Shown here: in pieces, positions 50,833 to 64,000 of the stretch
How the letters are laid out: each line of letters opens with the position of its first letter
Position numbering within the stretch: the stretch's first letter is position 1
DNA from: Octopus sinensis
Lineage: Eukaryota
NCBI RefSeq assembly: GCF_006345805.1
Contig: NC_043009.1
Location: 11,966,001 to 12,030,000 of the forward strand
Length of the DNA stretch: 64,000 nt
Direction: 5' to 3'
Translations under genes and position numbers: made by a program
The notes under the pieces: generated by a model
Told to the model about the DNA's origin: nothing
The model's input: the letters and a program-made list of their open reading frames with translations, nothing else
Database searches by the model: none

Positions 50833-51250
50833 TATTTCTTTACTACCCACAAGGGGCTACACACAGAGGGGACAAACAAAGACAGATAGACACGGATTAA
50901 GTCAATTATATCGACCCCAGTGCGTAACTGGTACTTAATTTATCGACCCCGAAAGGATGAAAGGCAAAGTCGACCTCGATGGAATTTGAACTCAGAACGT
51001 AACGGCAGACGAAATACCTATTTCTTTACTGTCCACAAGGGGCTAAACACAGAGGAGACAAACAAGGACAGACAGACGGATTAAGTCGATTATATCGACC
51101 CCAGTGTGTAACTGGTACTTAATTTATCGACCCCGAAAGGATAAAAGGCAATGTCGACCTCGGCGGGATTTGAACTCTGAACGTAACGGCAGACGAAATA
51201 TGGCTATGTATTTCGCCCGGCGTGCTAACGTTTCTGCCAGCTCGCCGCCT
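50833..51250 (-). mobile_element. SINE A dimer with TSD
   Basis: TATAGTGGATGACATACC at 50815-50832 and 51251-51268; junction 51017/51018. Confidence 0.92.
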
Positions 51251-52664
51251 TATAGTGGATGACATACCATCAACAGACATCGTGTGTTCGTTAAGTTGTA
51301 TGTAAAACTTCGTCGGAAATTCATTAAACAAACTAATTTTCCTTATAATAAATCTGTTCTTGCAATATCATGATGTAATCTGCTCGTAATATATTTTCAG
51401 ATTTAGTAATACACACTAAGGAATAAGGAAAGATTAAATCGTGTTTGTAAACGAGCACGGAAGTCCACTACATACACTATGTTACTGGGGTTAAATAACA
51501 AATACAACAAAAACAACAGCTGTATAAACATAATCCAGCAATCATTCGACTTCTGTCCGAATCTAGCATCGTCAGCAGGGATTATGGTAAATATATTGAC
51601 CGTATCATGAAGATCATTTAGCAGGGCATGATGTTCGTGTTGTAGATTAGTTCTTATATCTAGAATCCGGTACCAGAATGTTCGAGTATCTAGAGCGACG
51701 ATGTTTTATTTAATCCATAAATCTCATCACACGTACAACGTCAGGAAAAGGAATGGTGAATTAACTACAGTATTGTGCAAAACATGGTCTATCTTTATAA
51801 TTTAAAGTATATATAAAAAAAAATTGCCATCCAAACCAATGAGAAAAAATTGCCATCCAAGAGAAACCCCTATCCATCTCATATATCCGAGAATTGTATC
51901 TTCTCTTATGCATAAAATAGGAATTAAGCTAGAATTTAAAACGACTTTGCCCTACCGAACTTACGACATATGCAAGGATAGATTTTGGATCTCATTCCAA
52001 AACCTTGATAAAGATCCTCATGAAAGACTGTATTGTTACCTGCTGATGAAATTAGGACACTGGTGATAACTTATTGCAAAGACCTGGATGTTCGAAAAGA
52101 CATTTGCAGAAAATATATCAGAACAACATTCAGGGGTAACACTATACATTCCATAAAATCTTTGCAAGAGTAAAACCTGCTGAAGAGTTGAAGAAACTGA
52201 AGAACTACATTTAATACAACTTATAAGTTGACAGGTCTTAAATATGAGAAATGCTATCGTCCCTAAGAGTGATGAAAAAATAAAAAATAAAAACTAGCAT
52301 CGAAAAGCTCTAACGTAGCACGAAACATGATAATGGAACCATCGCTGAACACGTTTGCAGCAAGAAATTATATACAGTTATGGAGCAATAGACCTTCTTA
52401 TAAATATAAAATCACCAAAACGATAACTCAGAAAATAAAAAACTGACAACAGGATCAGCAGAATCAGTATATATAGAACTAATTTCAACTCAGTGAGATT
52501 AAGTGAGATCAAGTTTCTTAAAAATGCACAAATTATTGTAATAATACAAACGACTTTAGTTTAATGTGTCAGGGTATTAAATACGCTTCCTTTCAAAATT
52601 ATACGATTGAAAGCTTTACCTAAATGGAACCACAAAAGGGATTAATAGCTGTTTATATTTCGCG

Positions 52665-53020
52665 AGTGGCACCTTGGGCAAGTGTCTTCTACTAGAGCCT
52701 CGGGCCGACTAAAGCCTCGTGAATGGATTTGGTAGACGACAACTGAAAGAAGCCAGTCGTATATATGTATATATATATATGTATGTATGTGTATATGTTT
52801 GTGTGTCTGTGTTTGTTACCCCAACATCGCTTGACAACCGATGCTGGTGTGTTTACGTCCCCGTAACTTAGCGGTTCGGCAAAAGAGACCGATATAATAA
52901 GTACAAGGCTTGCTAAGAATAAGTTCTGGGGTCGATTTGCTCGACTAAAGGTGGTACTCCAGCATGGCCACAGTCAAATGACTGAAACAAGTAAAAGAGT
53001 AAAGAGTAAAAAGAGAAAGT
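52665..53020 (+). mobile_element. SINE B, 5'-truncated
   Basis: Starts at GTGGCACCTTGGGCAAGTG; complete tail. Confidence 0.85.
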
Positions 53021-53657
53021 ATTTCGAATGATGACCTTCATACATAATGCGAGAGATGGCGAAAAGCGGACGCGGCAAACAAAGAGGTGCGTAAACGCGA
53101 AAGCGAAAACATAAAACGAGTTTGTCCGCCTCCAACTCTTAATATACATATTTACAACCAACACCAACTCAGCAAATAAACAGATGAATAAATAAATAAG
53201 ATTAATGTCGCTGTTCCAGTCACGTAGAGAAGGTCGAGAAAATGTAAGGCGTAGACTAACATACAAGCAGGGCAACAACAAACAACCGTAACCGCGGCAA
53301 AACCCGACTAAAAAGTCATATTACAAGTCGGTAACAACTTGGGTTTTTTTCCCGCCATTTGATTCTGCACATTTTATTAGCTGACTACGCAGCTTTCTCT
53401 TTCAGAATGGCAACGGCTGTTAAATTTTAAATTGTTTCAAAAATTCTCTGTCAATTGAGTTCATTAAAAGAGTCTCACCCATTTTTACCATTGTAAATTA
53501 TTTTTTCACTTGAAACTTTACAATGTTTAACGTATTTATTTATACGGTGGAAAAAAATGGTGGCATAGAAATGGCACCTTTCATTCAGTAACATCTTAAA
53601 TTCCAAATTTCTATTTTTATTTTTAAACAGTTGATTTAATCAAGAACAGAGTTTCTA

Positions 53658-54080
53658 GGATCTTTTCTGTTTGAACGGCAGTTTTTTCTAGCGGTCTCAT
53701 ATGAAATTGTCACCCATAATTATGACCCTAGTATCGATCTATTGCATTTCAATCTGTTTTAGGGTTAGGGTTAGTTAGGGTTAGGGGTGAGGGAAGGTAT
53801 CTTTTTTCTTCACAAATAAGCCCAATCTGTTTCTTAAACGAGGGACATTTTCATACGGCACAAAATGTTTTTTTTTACCTCAATAGACGTCATTGATTGG
53901 TTGAAATTGCAGAAATTGAAGAAAAAAAAAACAACAAATATCTTACAAACTATAGAATCTTCTCAATAAAGCCAAGAGAAAAAGATGTTTTATAAACACA
54001 TTCTACCAGTATACGAAGTTTAAAATTTTTTAGTTACCTAGAAATTATGTTAAAAACTGCCGTTCAAACCGAAAAGATGC
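53658..54080. mobile_element. Complete ~423-bp MITE with internal TTAGGG repeats
   Basis: TIRs GGATCTTTTCTGTTTGAACGGCAGTTTT / AAAACTGCCGTTCAAACCGAAAAGATGC; TTAGGG units at 53759-53786. Confidence 0.85.
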
Positions 54081-55715
54081 AGTTTCTATTTAAACGCGCA
54101 CACATCTGTGCATACTATTGTGACCCCATTATCTTGAAAAAGTTGTAAATTAGCAGATGTAATAGCTTTGTGGTACGTTGCTCAATCTCTTTGCGTTTTG
54201 ATTCTAGTATTCTCCAGGCTGCGAGGCGGCGAGCTGACAGAGTCGTTAGCACGCCAGGCAAAACGTTTAATCGTATTTTGTCCGTCTTTACATTCTGAGT
54301 TCAAATGCCACCGAGGTTGACTTTGCCTTTCATCTTTTCGAGGTCGATAAAATAATACCAGTTAAGCACTGGGATCGATCTAATCGATTTAACCCCTCCA
54401 ACGAAATTGCTGGCCTTGTGCTAAAATTTGAAACCAATAGTCTCCAGGTTGAATCCATGCGTTTTGTCCCATCTGGTGATAATGAAATAAGTACCAGTCA
54501 TGTACTGAGTCGATTTACGACTAAACGTTTCTCCTATATATCTATGCGATACGTCAATTTATCAAACCCCAACGTGAATGGGGTTGTGGCCATACTGGAA
54601 CACAGCCTTCTTTACGCGTTGAATTGCAATTAAATTCTTCACAAGCTTCACAAAATATTAGGCTTCTAAAATAATCTGATCACCTTTCATTGTGATGACA
54701 AATTTATAACAGCCGAAGCTGCATCTCAAACTTTGGGTTTCAAAGCAAGAGAATATTTCGGCCCTGAAAAGTTGCTAAACCTATATAAGGCACATTAGCA
54801 TACTGCTTACTTAACTGAGAGGCAGACAGAGGAAGCAAGGGGAAGGAGAGAGAGAAAGAAATAGAGAGAGGGAGCAGCAAGACGAGGCGCGTACACATGC
54901 ATACGCAAGTATTTAAGAACGCACCAATCATTTGACTGGTTAGCAAACCTTCACTCCCTCAAAACATATCACAATTAGCCAACCGACGAGCTCTCTCTCT
55001 CTCTCTCTCCCTCTCTCTCTCTCTATCTCTCTCTCTCTCACCATCTCTTCTTCCCTTATCACAATGGTTTATTTTCATCTATACCAGCAAGTCGTTATAC
55101 CACCTGATTCGCCCGCCTTTTCTTTTCACGTCATTCGCCGCCATTGCGTCTCGCACACCCAAATCAGTTGCTAAACAATTGTTTCTAAATAGGCACAAGG
55201 TCTGAAATTTAGAAAGAGGGTCTAGCTGATTAACTCCAGTACTTGACTGGGACCTTACTTTGTCGAGCCCGAAAGAACCAAAGGAAAAGACGACCTGCGC
55301 CTAAATTGAGCCCAGAACATGAAAAGGCCGAGAAAATATCCCTGAACATTTTAACCGACGTGCTAACGAATTTGCCTGCTCATCACCTTTCAATTGCTAA
55401 ATAGACCTTTCTACTGTATGCACAAGGCCTGAAGTTTTAGTGGAAGGGACTAATCGATTACATTGACGCGTGCTCAACTGGCCCTTATTTTATCGACCCC
55501 AAAGGATGAAGAGCAAAGTTGTCCTCGGCGAAATTTGAAATGGTGCAGTAACACCTGTGCCAGCTCGCCACTTTCGGTTGCTAAATAATGAATTCTACTT
55601 ACCTCTAAAATTACAAACACTTGAAAACTCCCTACCTATTGAGGACCCAGCTTTGCTCTTCATCCTTTGGGGTCGATAAAATAAGGGCTAGTTGAGCATT
55701 GGGATCAATGTAATA

Positions 55716-56144
55716 GGCGTAGGAGTGGCTGTGTGGTAAAAAGCTTGCTTACCAACCACATGGTTCCGGGTTCAGTCCCACTGCGTGGCAATTTGGGCAT
55801 CTGTCTTCTACTATAGCCTCGGGCCGACCAAAGCCTTGTGAGTGGATTTGGTAGATGGAAACTGAAAGAAGCCCGTCGTATATATGTGTGTATATATATA
55901 TATGTGTGTGTATGTGTTTGTGTGTCTGTGTTTGCCCCCCCCCCCCCCCAACATCACTTGACAATCGATGCTGGTGTGTTTACGCCTCTGTAACTTAGCG
56001 GTTCGGCAAAAAAAAGACCGATAAAATAAGTACTAGGCTAACAAAGAATAAGTCCTGGGGTCGATTTGCTCGACTAAAAAGGTGGTGCTCCAGCATGGCC
56101 ACAGTCAAATGACTGAAACAAGTAAAAGAGTAAAAGAGTAAAGA
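55716..56144 (+). mobile_element. SINE B, full length
   Basis: Head, core, microsatellite and GAGTAAAA tail as at 18176. Confidence 0.88.
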
Positions 56145-56657
56145 ATATCAGTCAAGAACTGGGCAAGAAGCGTTGGAACAGATTAATCCCATCCCTTCCC
56201 TAAAAATAGCTGACTTTGCACTTAAATAAGAAAAATATTGGCTTACAGTAATATTTTTGGCGCCAGAGAAACGAACAAAAGGAAAACACTTTTGCTTGTT
56301 AATAAAATAACATAAACTTAACTGGCAAATTGATCCACGAGAAACTGTCTTGGTCCTATATTGTATCGGTGCTCATGACAAAAATATTAGACAGCGTCGA
56401 ATACATAATAAGGGTAAAATACATGTATGCTACGTTATTTGTTAGTACAGATATGATAGGATATCTTATATCCTTATTAAGAGCCAGATTATGTATCAGT
56501 TAAATATGCAAAGTGACAAGGGGCCAACGAAAATGCGAGGGCATTTACGAACGAAAACCGTTTATCAGTTCCACATTTTTATTTAATAGCTTCTATCCCT
56601 CGTGCCAGTCATTGGATTCAGCCATAAAGGGCCACTGCCTTGAAGGTTCGTCTAAAA

Positions 56658-56919
56658 CAGCAGTTCTCAAATGGGGACCATATGGCCCTTAGGGATCCAA
56701 ATAAGATTTTGTTGTCAAAATTTCTGTACAATAAATTGGTTATACTTCTATTATACACAAAATGTTTTAACAGTTTTTCTTATACAGTTCTTAATAATAT
56801 TTAATTATAAAAATGTAATGAGATTTTTTTTTAACATTGAATGGTTATGAGGACCCACCCGATTAAAATCAGAATCAAAGGCGTTCATAGGTTTTTTAAA
56901 AAATGGTTGAGAACCACTG
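56658..56919. mobile_element. hAT (Charlie-type) MITE
   Basis: TIRs CAGCAGTTCTCAA / TTGAGAACCACTG; perfect 8-bp TSD GTCTAAAA at 56650-56657 and 56920-56927. Confidence 0.9.
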
Positions 56920-57657
56920 GTCTAAAAGGTCGAACAAATCGAGCCCGGTACTTATTTTATAGGACACGTTTGTCGAACCACTAGTTACGGAACATGCCTA
57001 AACGAACACCGGTCACAGAGAGGTCACTCTCTCTCCCCCTCTCTCTCTCACACACACATTCATGCAGACTCACACACATATAGCTACCCGACGGGTTTCT
57101 TTTAATTTTCGTCAACCAAATCCACTCACATAGCCTTGGTCGACCCGGGGCTGTAGCAGAAGACACTTGCCCAAGGTGCCGCTTAGTATTTTATAAATAA
57201 CCTGCCCATCTATGATGATCTATAATTTTAATAAAATTTACAATCAATAAAGCATTTTTCTTTTTTGATTTTGATTCTAAACAGAAGGGGTTTTGACTTT
57301 GACATTTTTCGATTCGTCATTGTGTTCGAAGTGCCTCGTGGCTGAATGTTGAGGTGTTGCTTCCTTTGTTTTAAACTAATGCAAAAAAAACAACAACAAA
57401 AACCGCGATGTAGTTTGCGAACGCTAATACGTTTTGTACACAGCTATTGGTTGAAAGTAAGGCAGTGTATGCGGATGGTTGACATGTTATGTAGACACCG
57501 AGACGTTTGTTTAATCAATGTGGGACTTGGGCTAAATTTGCTTGCTGAATTCTCATTTGTAGCAAGTACCGTGGTTTATTTTACAAAATGAATTTAGAGT
57601 AGTTTCGAAATAAAATCCTGAAAGTGAATTTTGGCGCCCTTCTCACATTCTGTTTAG

Positions 57658-57717
<60 letters not shown>

Positions 57718-57720
57718 CAG

Positions 57721-57970
57721 GTGGAGGCGCGTGGCTTAGTGGTTAGGGTGTCAGCATCATGATCGTAAGATTGTGGTTTCGATTCCTGGATCGGGTGACG
57801 CGTTGTGTTCTTGAGCAAAACACTTCCTTTCACGTTGCTCCAGTCCACTCAGCTGGCAGAAATGAGTAACGCTGCGATGGACTGGCGTCCCGTCCAGCTG
57901 GGGAACACATACGCCATAAAAACCGGGAAACAGGGCCCTTATGAGTCTGGCTAGGCTTTAAAAGGGCGCA
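57721..57970 (+). mobile_element. SINE C head joined to the tail shared with 28396-28706
   Basis: A/B boxes; TTCTTGAGCAA motif; GCTGCGATGGACTGGCGTCCCGTCCAG. Confidence 0.8.
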
Positions 57971-58357
57971 TTTATTATTTACACACACACACACACAACA
58001 CACACACACACACACATGCATATACTAGGACACCGTTTGCATAGAGATAAAGGGAACTATATATACAATGCCTCAGAAAATGAGTCAACATGAGAACGTC
58101 TTTGTGGTTGCTCGACGTGTAGAAATTGCAGCCAAATCTCACTTTAACATCTTAAAAATAAACCTTTGTTAAAGTGGTTCTCAGTCCCCTGCACAAAAGG
58201 AAAGTCTAGGCATGCTCCATCAGGGTTAAGCAACATGTAGGAGAAAAAAATGACGGGATGCTTATAGATGGTATGTCTGACATCACAAGTCTAATTGGTC
58301 TAAAAGCTAGCATCTGTATGAAATAATTCAGCTTTCTTAGTCACACCTTTGATCATA

Positions 58358-58571
58358 CCTATTTCTGTACTACCCACAAGGGGCTAAACACGGAGGGGAG
58401 AAACAAGGACAGACAGGCTGATTAAGTCGATTATATCGTCCCCAGTGCGTAACTGGTACTTAATTTATCGATCCCGAAAGGATGAAAGGCAAAGTCGACC
58501 TCAGCGGAATTTGAACTCAGAACGTAACGGCAGACGAAATATAGCTAACGGTTCTGGCAGCTCGCCGCTTT
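58358..58571 (-). mobile_element. SINE A monomer with 15-bp TSD
   Basis: ACACCTTTGATCATA at 58343-58357 and 58572-58586. Confidence 0.9.
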
Positions 58572-58631
58572 ACACCTTTGATCATAAGACCACTTGATCA
58601 GTGTTGACCTAATGCTATTCTCTTACTTATG

Positions 58632-58865
58632 AAGGCAGCGAGCTGGCAGAATCGTTAGCACGCCGGGCTAAATGCTTAGCAGTATTTCGTCTGCCGTTAC
58701 GTTCTGAGTTCAAATTCCGCCGAGGTCGACTTTGCCTTTCATCCTTTCGTGGTCGATAAATTAAGTACCAGTTAAGCACTGGGGTAAATGTAATCGGCTT
58801 AATCCGTTTGTCTGTCCTTGTTTGTCCCCTCTGTGTGCAGCCCCTTGTGGGGTAGTAAAGAAATA
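58632..58865 (+). mobile_element. SINE A monomer with 18-bp TSD
   Basis: GCTA(T/C)TCTCTTACTTATG at 58614-58631 and 58866-58883. Confidence 0.9.
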
Positions 58866-60385
58866 GCTACTCTCTTACTTATGGCTGCCGAGGCAATTTT
58901 TTGCGACTTGTCCCATCTGGTAAGTTTGGGCTGCTGATACTAGGCATGCACGGTGTATGGAAAAGAACGGAAGACTAATCAAACCCTCACAATTCTACTT
59001 GCTTTGTTTCGGTAGCGCAGTGGGCAATGTGTCAGTTTGATAATTTTATTTTAAGATAAATTTTGCCCTTTATTTATTTATTTATTTATTTATTTATTAT
59101 TTATTTATTTATGTATTTATTTATTTATTTATTTATTGCTGATATGGTAGGGGTACATAATAAAATGCCTGTCTAGGGTTGTATTAGATTAGCGGAATTG
59201 TTAGACCATTGGACAAGATGCCTTGTGGTCTAAGGGTAGAGGACTTAGCTCCGGTTTGGCTCCGCCATCTGGTCTTTATGCTTGTTGCCTTTAATAGAGT
59301 TCACTTTGTGGCTATCATCCCTGCCAGGTCTCCGGCTCGAGGATAATTTTCTGCCACCAGACTCGGAGGTCTTGAAAAAATAAAGTGTCACGGGTGCTAC
59401 TGTGTGCGACTAAACGGTAAAACATAATGAGCTCGTCTTTTCTAGGGCGAGGGCATGGTTTGAGGGAAATTTAGCTTCTCTTTCTAGTAGGGTAATTGAA
59501 TGCAATGAGAGGCCCCTTCACTATTTGGTCTCGGTAGCGCTGCAGAGAGTGCGTCATTCCAAATTATCTATATTAAGTGAGGGTATGTGTGTGTTATTGA
59601 CATGTAAAGGGTGGATATCATTCGTTCCTTTTGTTTGCATTCTCGAAACTTATACCAACACTCTGCAAGCACGCTGGCACCGGGACATATTATCTAAGCT
59701 GCAAACACGTTTTCTGTTTACGTTTTCTGTTGCCAGCCCTTCGCTGCCACATCCATTTGTTTAATTCTCAGTCAGCTGAGATCAGGGCACAACCAACAAG
59801 TTATCTCCACCCATTGAACAAGAGGCCCGAACCAAAAAAAATATAATAATAACAAAAATATATATAAGAAAAACTGAAAAGCAGGCGAACAAACGAAGCA
59901 AGGGGGTAAGTAAATGACACGCACGGGGTTATGGGAGATTATAGCAAGCTAGCGGTTTCTTAGCATGCCGACTTCATCTGTTGGCACGAGACTCCTCCAT
60001 ACACTGGATTGTTCGTTCTTTGCTCCCTCATCCTCCCTCCTCACTTTTTCTTTTTTAATTTCCTTTCACACGAGGCCGAGGCAAGGGAAGCAAAGCAATT
60101 TACTTTCGCTATGAATGGGATATGGTTGTTTGGCTGGGATCTTTTTTTTCTTTAAACTCGTATTTTTTTTTTTTAGTAAACCAGTAAGAAATAAAGACAA
60201 GAGTATTTCTCTCTCTCTCTATGTAGTTTGCTCGACCAAACCAAACCCAAACCCAAACCTCTCACAAATCACATATATAACGATCTTAATAAAAACACAA
60301 AAACAGCATTGGATGATATGGTCTTAAATAAATTAATTACCAAAATAGTATGGTCAAAACTAGAATATTTTTGATCATGTAACCG

Positions 60386-60598
60386 CTCTTTTACTCTTTT
60401 ACTTGTTTCAGTCATTTGACTGTGGCCATGCTGGAGCACCGCCTTTAAGTCGAGTACACCGACCCCAGGACTTATTCTTTGTAAGCCTAGTACTTATTCT
60501 ATCGGTATCTTTTGCCGAACCGCTAAGTTACGGGGACGTAAACACACCAGCATCGGTTGTCAAGCGATGTTGGGGGTACAAACACAGACACACAAACG

Positions 60599-60663
<65 letters not shown>

Positions 60664-60843
60664 TATATACATACATATATACGACAGGTTTCTTTCAGTT
60701 TCCGTCTACCAAATCCACTCACAAGGCTTTGGTCGGTCCGAGGCTATAGTAGAAGACAGTTGCCCAAGATGCCACGTAGTGGTGCTGAACCCGGAACCAT
60801 GTGGTTCGTAAGCAAGCTACTTACCACACGGCCATTCCTACGC
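60386..60843 (-). mobile_element. SINE B, full length
   Basis: Reverse complement of the 18176-type copy. Confidence 0.88.
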
Positions 60844-62176
60844 TGATCAGATTCGATCTTATGGCTTAACAACAATAACAGTCATTGCTTCAGTTAAGTG
60901 CACCGTAGCAGCACGCGACGTATCTGGACAGTTTGGACCAAACAGAACCCACCTCTTTCCAGATTTGACTACAGAGAAAACGAGAGAAAGGAGAAGAGTC
61001 GGCCTCAGTGCTGGGCTGGTAGGTATTTTCTTTAACGACCCCGAAAGATGAAAGCTAAGGTGGACTTCGGCGGGATTTGAACTCAAGAATACCGTAATAA
61101 ATACTACAAGGCATTCTATCAGACACTTAAACGATTCTGCCAATGCTCCGACTAAGAAATTACAAATGCCTCAGCATAAAACATATTTAAAATAGACATA
61201 AATATTGTGAAATATCAGATTGATGTTTAGAGCATATATTGTCTTGCTGTATAACGAAACATTGGGATAAGCACAATGTTCTCGTCAGAAAAGCTGTGTT
61301 TCCCATAAGTTCATAAAATGTTCTTAACTCTTCATCAGAGCTTCGTTAACTCCTGGACATTGTGATGCAAAGGGAATATTAGCTCCAACGAGAAACTAAT
61401 TCGCATAACACATGCAAATTCACCAGGATCAGAGTTCAGGACCATATTTTTATAAGCTGTTTCTTCTCAGTATCACAGCAATCGGAGTCAAGTGAATTGA
61501 AACGAATGTTTAGAAAAGTCTAAAACTTCTTTCAGTATCTCGTATCTTGTTGCTTTCTGTCCAACACCATGTATCATGTTCTTGAGAATATCTCCGAATT
61601 ACGTTCCAGGGCAGAACTCATTAGATACATATTAAATCAGTTATGCGTTTATAATAAAGAGAAATACGCTTTGAAATGCAACAGGTTAAGTCTGTTTAGT
61701 AATTATTATTAATAAAAGTGTTTCCGGAACGTGGTTTGATTGATGATGTTTGATTGGCCGTGAAATAGTCTTTATTTGGAGAAATGAATGCTCGACTTGC
61801 GAAAAGAAAATAGCAGCCAAATCTTCCCTCAAATCACACCCTTCCACTTTCGATATATATATTACACCCCCAAAACTCTAACAACAGGCTTAGTGGTCGG
61901 GGTGGAGTGTTGAGCTAATGATCACGGGGCACTGGGTCCCATTTTTGAACCGGGCGGCACGTGGTTTCCTCATGCAAGGTTCATCGTTTCGCGTTGTTCT
62001 AATCTACTTTCTGCCAAAGGAGTACCAGCCTCGTGCCGATACTGCTTTCTCTACTCCTCGAGATGCCGCATCCTTGTTGTTGGATCAAAGACGGTGGGAG
62101 GCTGAGGGGCTGCCGATATATGCTCCCGACTGCTACCATCCACCAGGGTATACTCGCTTGCAAGTGACGGCTATAC

Positions 62177-62229
<53 letters not shown>

Positions 62230-62454
62230 GACGCTTGTGACATATATGATATGCAGAGAGAAGAGATGACCATCGCTAGAATATGTTTGACCACAGGTCT
62301 GCTCACTGAATGCAGAAAGGGGCTAAACATTAACATTTATGGGGCAATGCAAACTGGAAAGCAATAATTACCCCCAATACGTTTGAAACCTAATTATCGG
62401 TGTTGCTGCTTAGCTCCCATCTCATTCCAAATTACCATTAACTAAACAAATTAA

Positions 62455-62620
62455 TAATGAGAGACATTCTAGCAATGACCATCCCGACGTATTTCGGATA
62501 TGAAATATCTAGGATTACATTATCCACTAAGGGTTTTATTTTGTTTTATGTTAAGGTGTGATTTGAAGGAGATTTAGCTGCTATGTTTATTTATAGCAGG
62601 GTGAACGACCAAACAGATGC
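62455..62620. mobile_element. Old dispersed repeat (family K) fragment
   Basis: GTGTGATTTGAAGGAGATTTAGCTGCTA motif; related pieces near 15470, 17410, 32860, 35430, 43540, 50530, 58120 and 61810. Confidence 0.55.
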
Positions 62621-63182
62621 CTCCCTGTTTGATAAACTGTTATCTATATAAAACAGCTCGGCTAACTGCTGTTATTGTAGGGGAAATGTTTGTTGTTATG
62701 TAGGGTAATGTTTTGTTTAGAAGCTCAGTAAAATGCTTGTAGTGATTTTTAAATGCAAAAACAAGGACTTGACAATAAAATTCCTCACCGGTTGACTCAA
62801 GATCGATGCAGAAAGAAAAATATGTTGATAAAAATTAAATTATATATTTTTTGAAGTAAATAAATACAATGAATCTGAATGCTACGAATTTTCAGATTTG
62901 AAGAAGAATGGTAACGAGGAAACAGCATTTTTCATGGCTTTCTTATTGTTTCCAACTTTTCGGAAGGCCATTACAAATATCAGAAAGCAAAAGACTGCTA
63001 GCGTCTGTAATCTAAACAGAGTCACGAATTCCACTGGTCTCCATTCGCCTGCGATTCCTTTTCCGACTCTCTTAACCCTTTGCCTGTCATGTGTATTGCA
63101 TATGATACGCCAGACATATTTCACTGGTACCCATGCATCATATATCATACACATTCCCAATATATATTCAACAACCATCAGA

Positions 63183-63415
63183 AGGCGGCGAGCCGGTAGA
63201 ATCATTTGCACGCCGGGCGAAATGCTTAATGGTATTCCGTCCGTCTTTAAGTTCTGGGTTCAAATTCCGCCGAGGTCGACTTTCCTTTCATCCTTTCGGA
63301 CTCGATTAAATAAGTACCAGTTACGCACTGGAGTCGATATAATCGACTTAATCCGTTTGTCTGTCCTTGTTTGTCCTCTCTGTGTTTAGCCCCTTGTGGG
63401 TAGTAAAGAAATAGG
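63183..63415 (+). mobile_element. SINE A monomer
   Basis: Family head and tail ending AAAGAAATAG. Confidence 0.85.
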
Positions 63416-64000
63416 ATGAAAGATAAAGCTGACACTTTGTCGGGATTTGAACTCAGTACGTAAGTTTCCTAGACTTAAACTTCATTCGGCGTGCAAACTA
63501 TTCAGTCACTCCAATCACGAAGCGACCGAATAAAAAAACTTAAATGTTGATGTTACAAAACATTATTATTATTATCATTACTATCGTTATTTATCAACAG
63601 CAACATAGTTTGCACTTCATCATCATCATCATCATCATTGTTCATTTCCGATCCGATCACCACCATCCACTCGGTCAACAAATTCATTGATAAAATGGAG
63701 AGAGAAATCAATACGAAATCGAAGGAGCAACGATGTGAGACTCTGTGTGTAAGAGTAAAAATATGAAGCAGAAAGTTATTATGAACATAAGTGAAGAGAA
63801 TAAAGAACGGAGGAGAAAAATTGGGAAAGAGAAGAAGAGGAACGACGAGGAAAAGACAAAGAGGACTGGGAAAATAAATAAAGAAAGAAAGAAAGAAAGA
63901 GACAGAAAGATGAAAATATTTAGATTTGTCAGAATTGGAAATCCGAAAGGGAAACAGACTAGCAAAGCTAAATGGGTGAGTTGGGTGGGGATTAGTAGAG

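Noticed and set aside
51820-52170. ETPIHL motif suggesting an L1 zinc knuckle
   Set aside because: The required cysteines are missing, and a single short motif is insufficient.
59140-59590. Possible L1/Tx1 3' end on the minus strand before (AAAT)n
   Set aside because: No convincing motif was recovered in any frame; left unassigned.
61250-61620. Possible mariner N-terminal remnant on the minus strand, including a CTGATGA
   Set aside because: Similarity is too faint to support by eye, and the CTGATGA lacks a downstream stem II and GAAAC.
61918-62367. 149-aa ORF with higher GC content
   Set aside because: No recognisable domain or splice signals, and it runs through a (CA)n tract.

Overview
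AT-rich animal genomic DNA, dense in microsatellites and retroposons. The repeat families and composition suggest an octopod cephalopod (inference). Only one host coding exon is supportable: a minus-strand 291-bp exon (10715-11005) encoding the N-terminal MNNL/C2 domain of a Delta-type Notch ligand, with both intron positions matching DLL1. Nearly all ORFs in the supplied track are translations of microsatellites. The rest is several tRNA-derived SINE families (my labels A, B, C), RTE, L1/Tx1 and mariner remnants, TIR MITEs and two non-autonomous Helitrons. Most unusual signals: (1) a TSD-bounded palindromic retroposon made of two divergent tRNA-like heads, each arm carrying a degenerate minimal hammerhead-ribozyme motif, with the same asymmetric head-to-head core at a second locus; (2) further Penelope-type hammerhead motifs; (3) SINE-A multimers with a fixed GGTAT junction plus an insertion into a relative at that motif; (4) an RTE fragment with twin-priming 5' inversion geometry; (5) a MITE carrying TTAGGG repeats. 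All calls were made by eye, without database searches, and element boundaries are approximate unless set by a TSD or TIR.
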